Origin: Candidatus Saccharimonadota bacterium
GTDB taxonomy: Bacteria > Patescibacteriota > Microgenomatia > UBA1406 > GWC2-37-13
Assembly: GCA_016700135.1 (NCBI GenBank)
Contig: CP065004.1
Location: forward strand, 1,320,001 to 1,352,000
Direction of reading: 5' to 3'
DNA: 32,000 nucleotides
The notes under the pieces were generated by a model that was not told where the DNA came from, did not search any database, and saw only the letters and a list, made by a program, of their open reading frames with translations. A program made the position numbers and the translations under genes. Shown one piece after another: positions 31,345 through 32,000 of this stretch (within the stretch, counting starts at the first letter, position 1; each line of letters starts with the position of its first letter).

Positions 31345-32000
31345 ATGAAACTTTCAGCGAAAGCACAACAAAGTCTTGATCGAGTAGTAGAAAAGTTTAA
31401 AACAGGAGATATATCTGCTATCTCAAAAATTGCAAGAATTCAACTTGATCCCAATGCTCCAGCTATAAAATGGAGCCTATCAAATAAAGTACTAAGTATC
31501 ATGCAAGCTGGAGAGCTTGACTGTAGAGGGTTTAGACAATGGGAAAATGTCGGAAGAAGAATAAAAAAAGGCAGCTCTGCCATATATATACTAAGGCCTG
31601 TCATAGTCAAAAATACAGTTGAAGACGAAAATGAGAAAGAAGAAATGCAGTGTATTGGGTTTGCTGCTGTTCCTGTATTCCCTGCTTCGTGCACAGAAGG
31701 AGAAAAAGACTTATTAGGATATCAGCCAAAAGAACTGCCAGAATTGGTCAAAGTCGCCGAGAAATTTAATATTTCTGTTCAATACTTACCCACTTTACCC
31801 GACAGGCTAGGAGATTGCAGTAAAGACGGGAATCAAATCAGATTAGGGACACATAGCCCCTCAGTATTCTTTCATGAGCTAGCACATGCCATTCATGCCC
31901 GAATTGAAGGAGAGCTAAAAGGAGGACAGACTGCCAACCAGGAAACAATAGCAGAATTTACAGCAGCTGTATTAATGGACGTGTATGGCTACCCGGATTA
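31345..32000 (+). CDS. ArdC-like protein (ssDNA-binding N-domain plus zincin HExxH metalloprotease domain), 3' end outside the window
   Basis: I translated it by hand from the ATG at 31345. The frame stays open for 218 codons to the window edge. It has CRGFRQWENVGRRIKKGSSAIYILRP (the ArdC_N/DUF1738-like W-x-x-x-G-x-x-(V/I)-x-K-G pattern) and FFHELAHAIH (HExxH). It is absent from the ORF track because no stop codon is reached. Confidence 0.65.
   Translation, partial: MKLSAKAQQSLDRVVEKFKTGDISAISKIARIQLDPNAPAIKWSLSNKVLSIMQAGELDCRGFRQWENVGRRIKKGSSAIYILRPVIVKNTVEDENEKEEMQCIGFAAVPVFPASCTEGEKDLLGYQPKELPELVKVAEKFNISVQYLPTLPDRLGDCSKDGNQIRLGTHSPSVFFHELAHAIHARIEGELKGGQTANQETIAEFTAAVLMDVYGYPD

Noticed and set aside
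31440-31694. 84-aa minus-strand ORF
   Set aside because: It is antisense to the open ArdC-like frame that runs from 31345 to the window edge and has no motifs.
31330-31766. 15-nt direct repeat agtcgccgagaaatt (31330-31344 and 31752-31766)
   Set aside because: It is a perfect repeat, but a single 15-mer repeat is roughly what chance predicts in a 32-kb window (about 5e8 position pairs against 4^15 words). I see no associated structure, so I did not report it as a feature.
1-32000. Alternative genetic code (UGA recoding as in some CPR lineages)
   Set aside because: Long uninterrupted ORFs are obtained with the standard code. TGA also serves as the terminal stop of well-delimited genes, for example IS transposase copy A at 6795-6797 and the racemase-family gene at 30158-30160.
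1-32000. CRISPR arrays, tRNA and rRNA genes
   Set aside because: I saw no regularly spaced direct repeats of CRISPR type. I found no T-loop-like GGTTCGAATCC-type motifs with cloverleaf potential and no rRNA-like conserved blocks. A dedicated scan (tRNAscan-SE, Infernal, CRISPR finders) would be needed for certainty.

Overview
The window reads as a low-to-mid GC bacterial chromosome segment, possibly from a small-genome Patescibacteria/CPR-like organism (inference only). It runs from housekeeping genes into a large accessory region.

- **1-5.6 kb, core-like genes:** the 3' part of alaS, a four-helix-bundle ('23S IVS protein' family) ORF bracketed by an inverted repeat, a free-standing tRNA-binding OB-fold gene, and a membrane-anchored DsbA-like protein whose two half-domains appear in permuted order. 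Also here are a multiply disrupted Tat/lipoprotein gene with a polysaccharide-lyase-like jelly-roll domain, a 5'-truncated beta-helix repeat remnant, and a class IV aminotransferase.
- **Two IS copies:** two apparently identical 1119-bp IS elements (rve/DDE transposase, IS481-like) sit in inverted orientation at 5670-6788 and 17713-18831. Each has its own 5-bp target duplication.
- **Between the IS copies:** a strikingly GC-rich cohesin/dockerin-like secreted protein gene, and a small Cys/His protein with a near-consensus promoter. Next come a PLD-nuclease / XRE / deaminase module and a seven-gene type IV secretion-like operon (pilin, VirB6-like, VirB3/PrgI-like, VirB4, M23 peptidase, two unknowns).
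- **18.9-30.2 kb, the main candidate for a novel system:** a KAP P-loop NTPase followed by a tightly packed four-gene operon. The operon encodes a Type III-like methyltransferase with a ~430-aa N-terminal extension, a Res helicase-nuclease, an OLD-family ATPase/Toprim nuclease and a double zinc-ribbon protein.
- **Window end:** a TrpR-family repressor plus racemase-like operon preceded by a trp-operator-like palindrome, a GC-rich block of nested hairpins, and a partial ArdC-like gene.

I found no rRNA, tRNA or CRISPR array.
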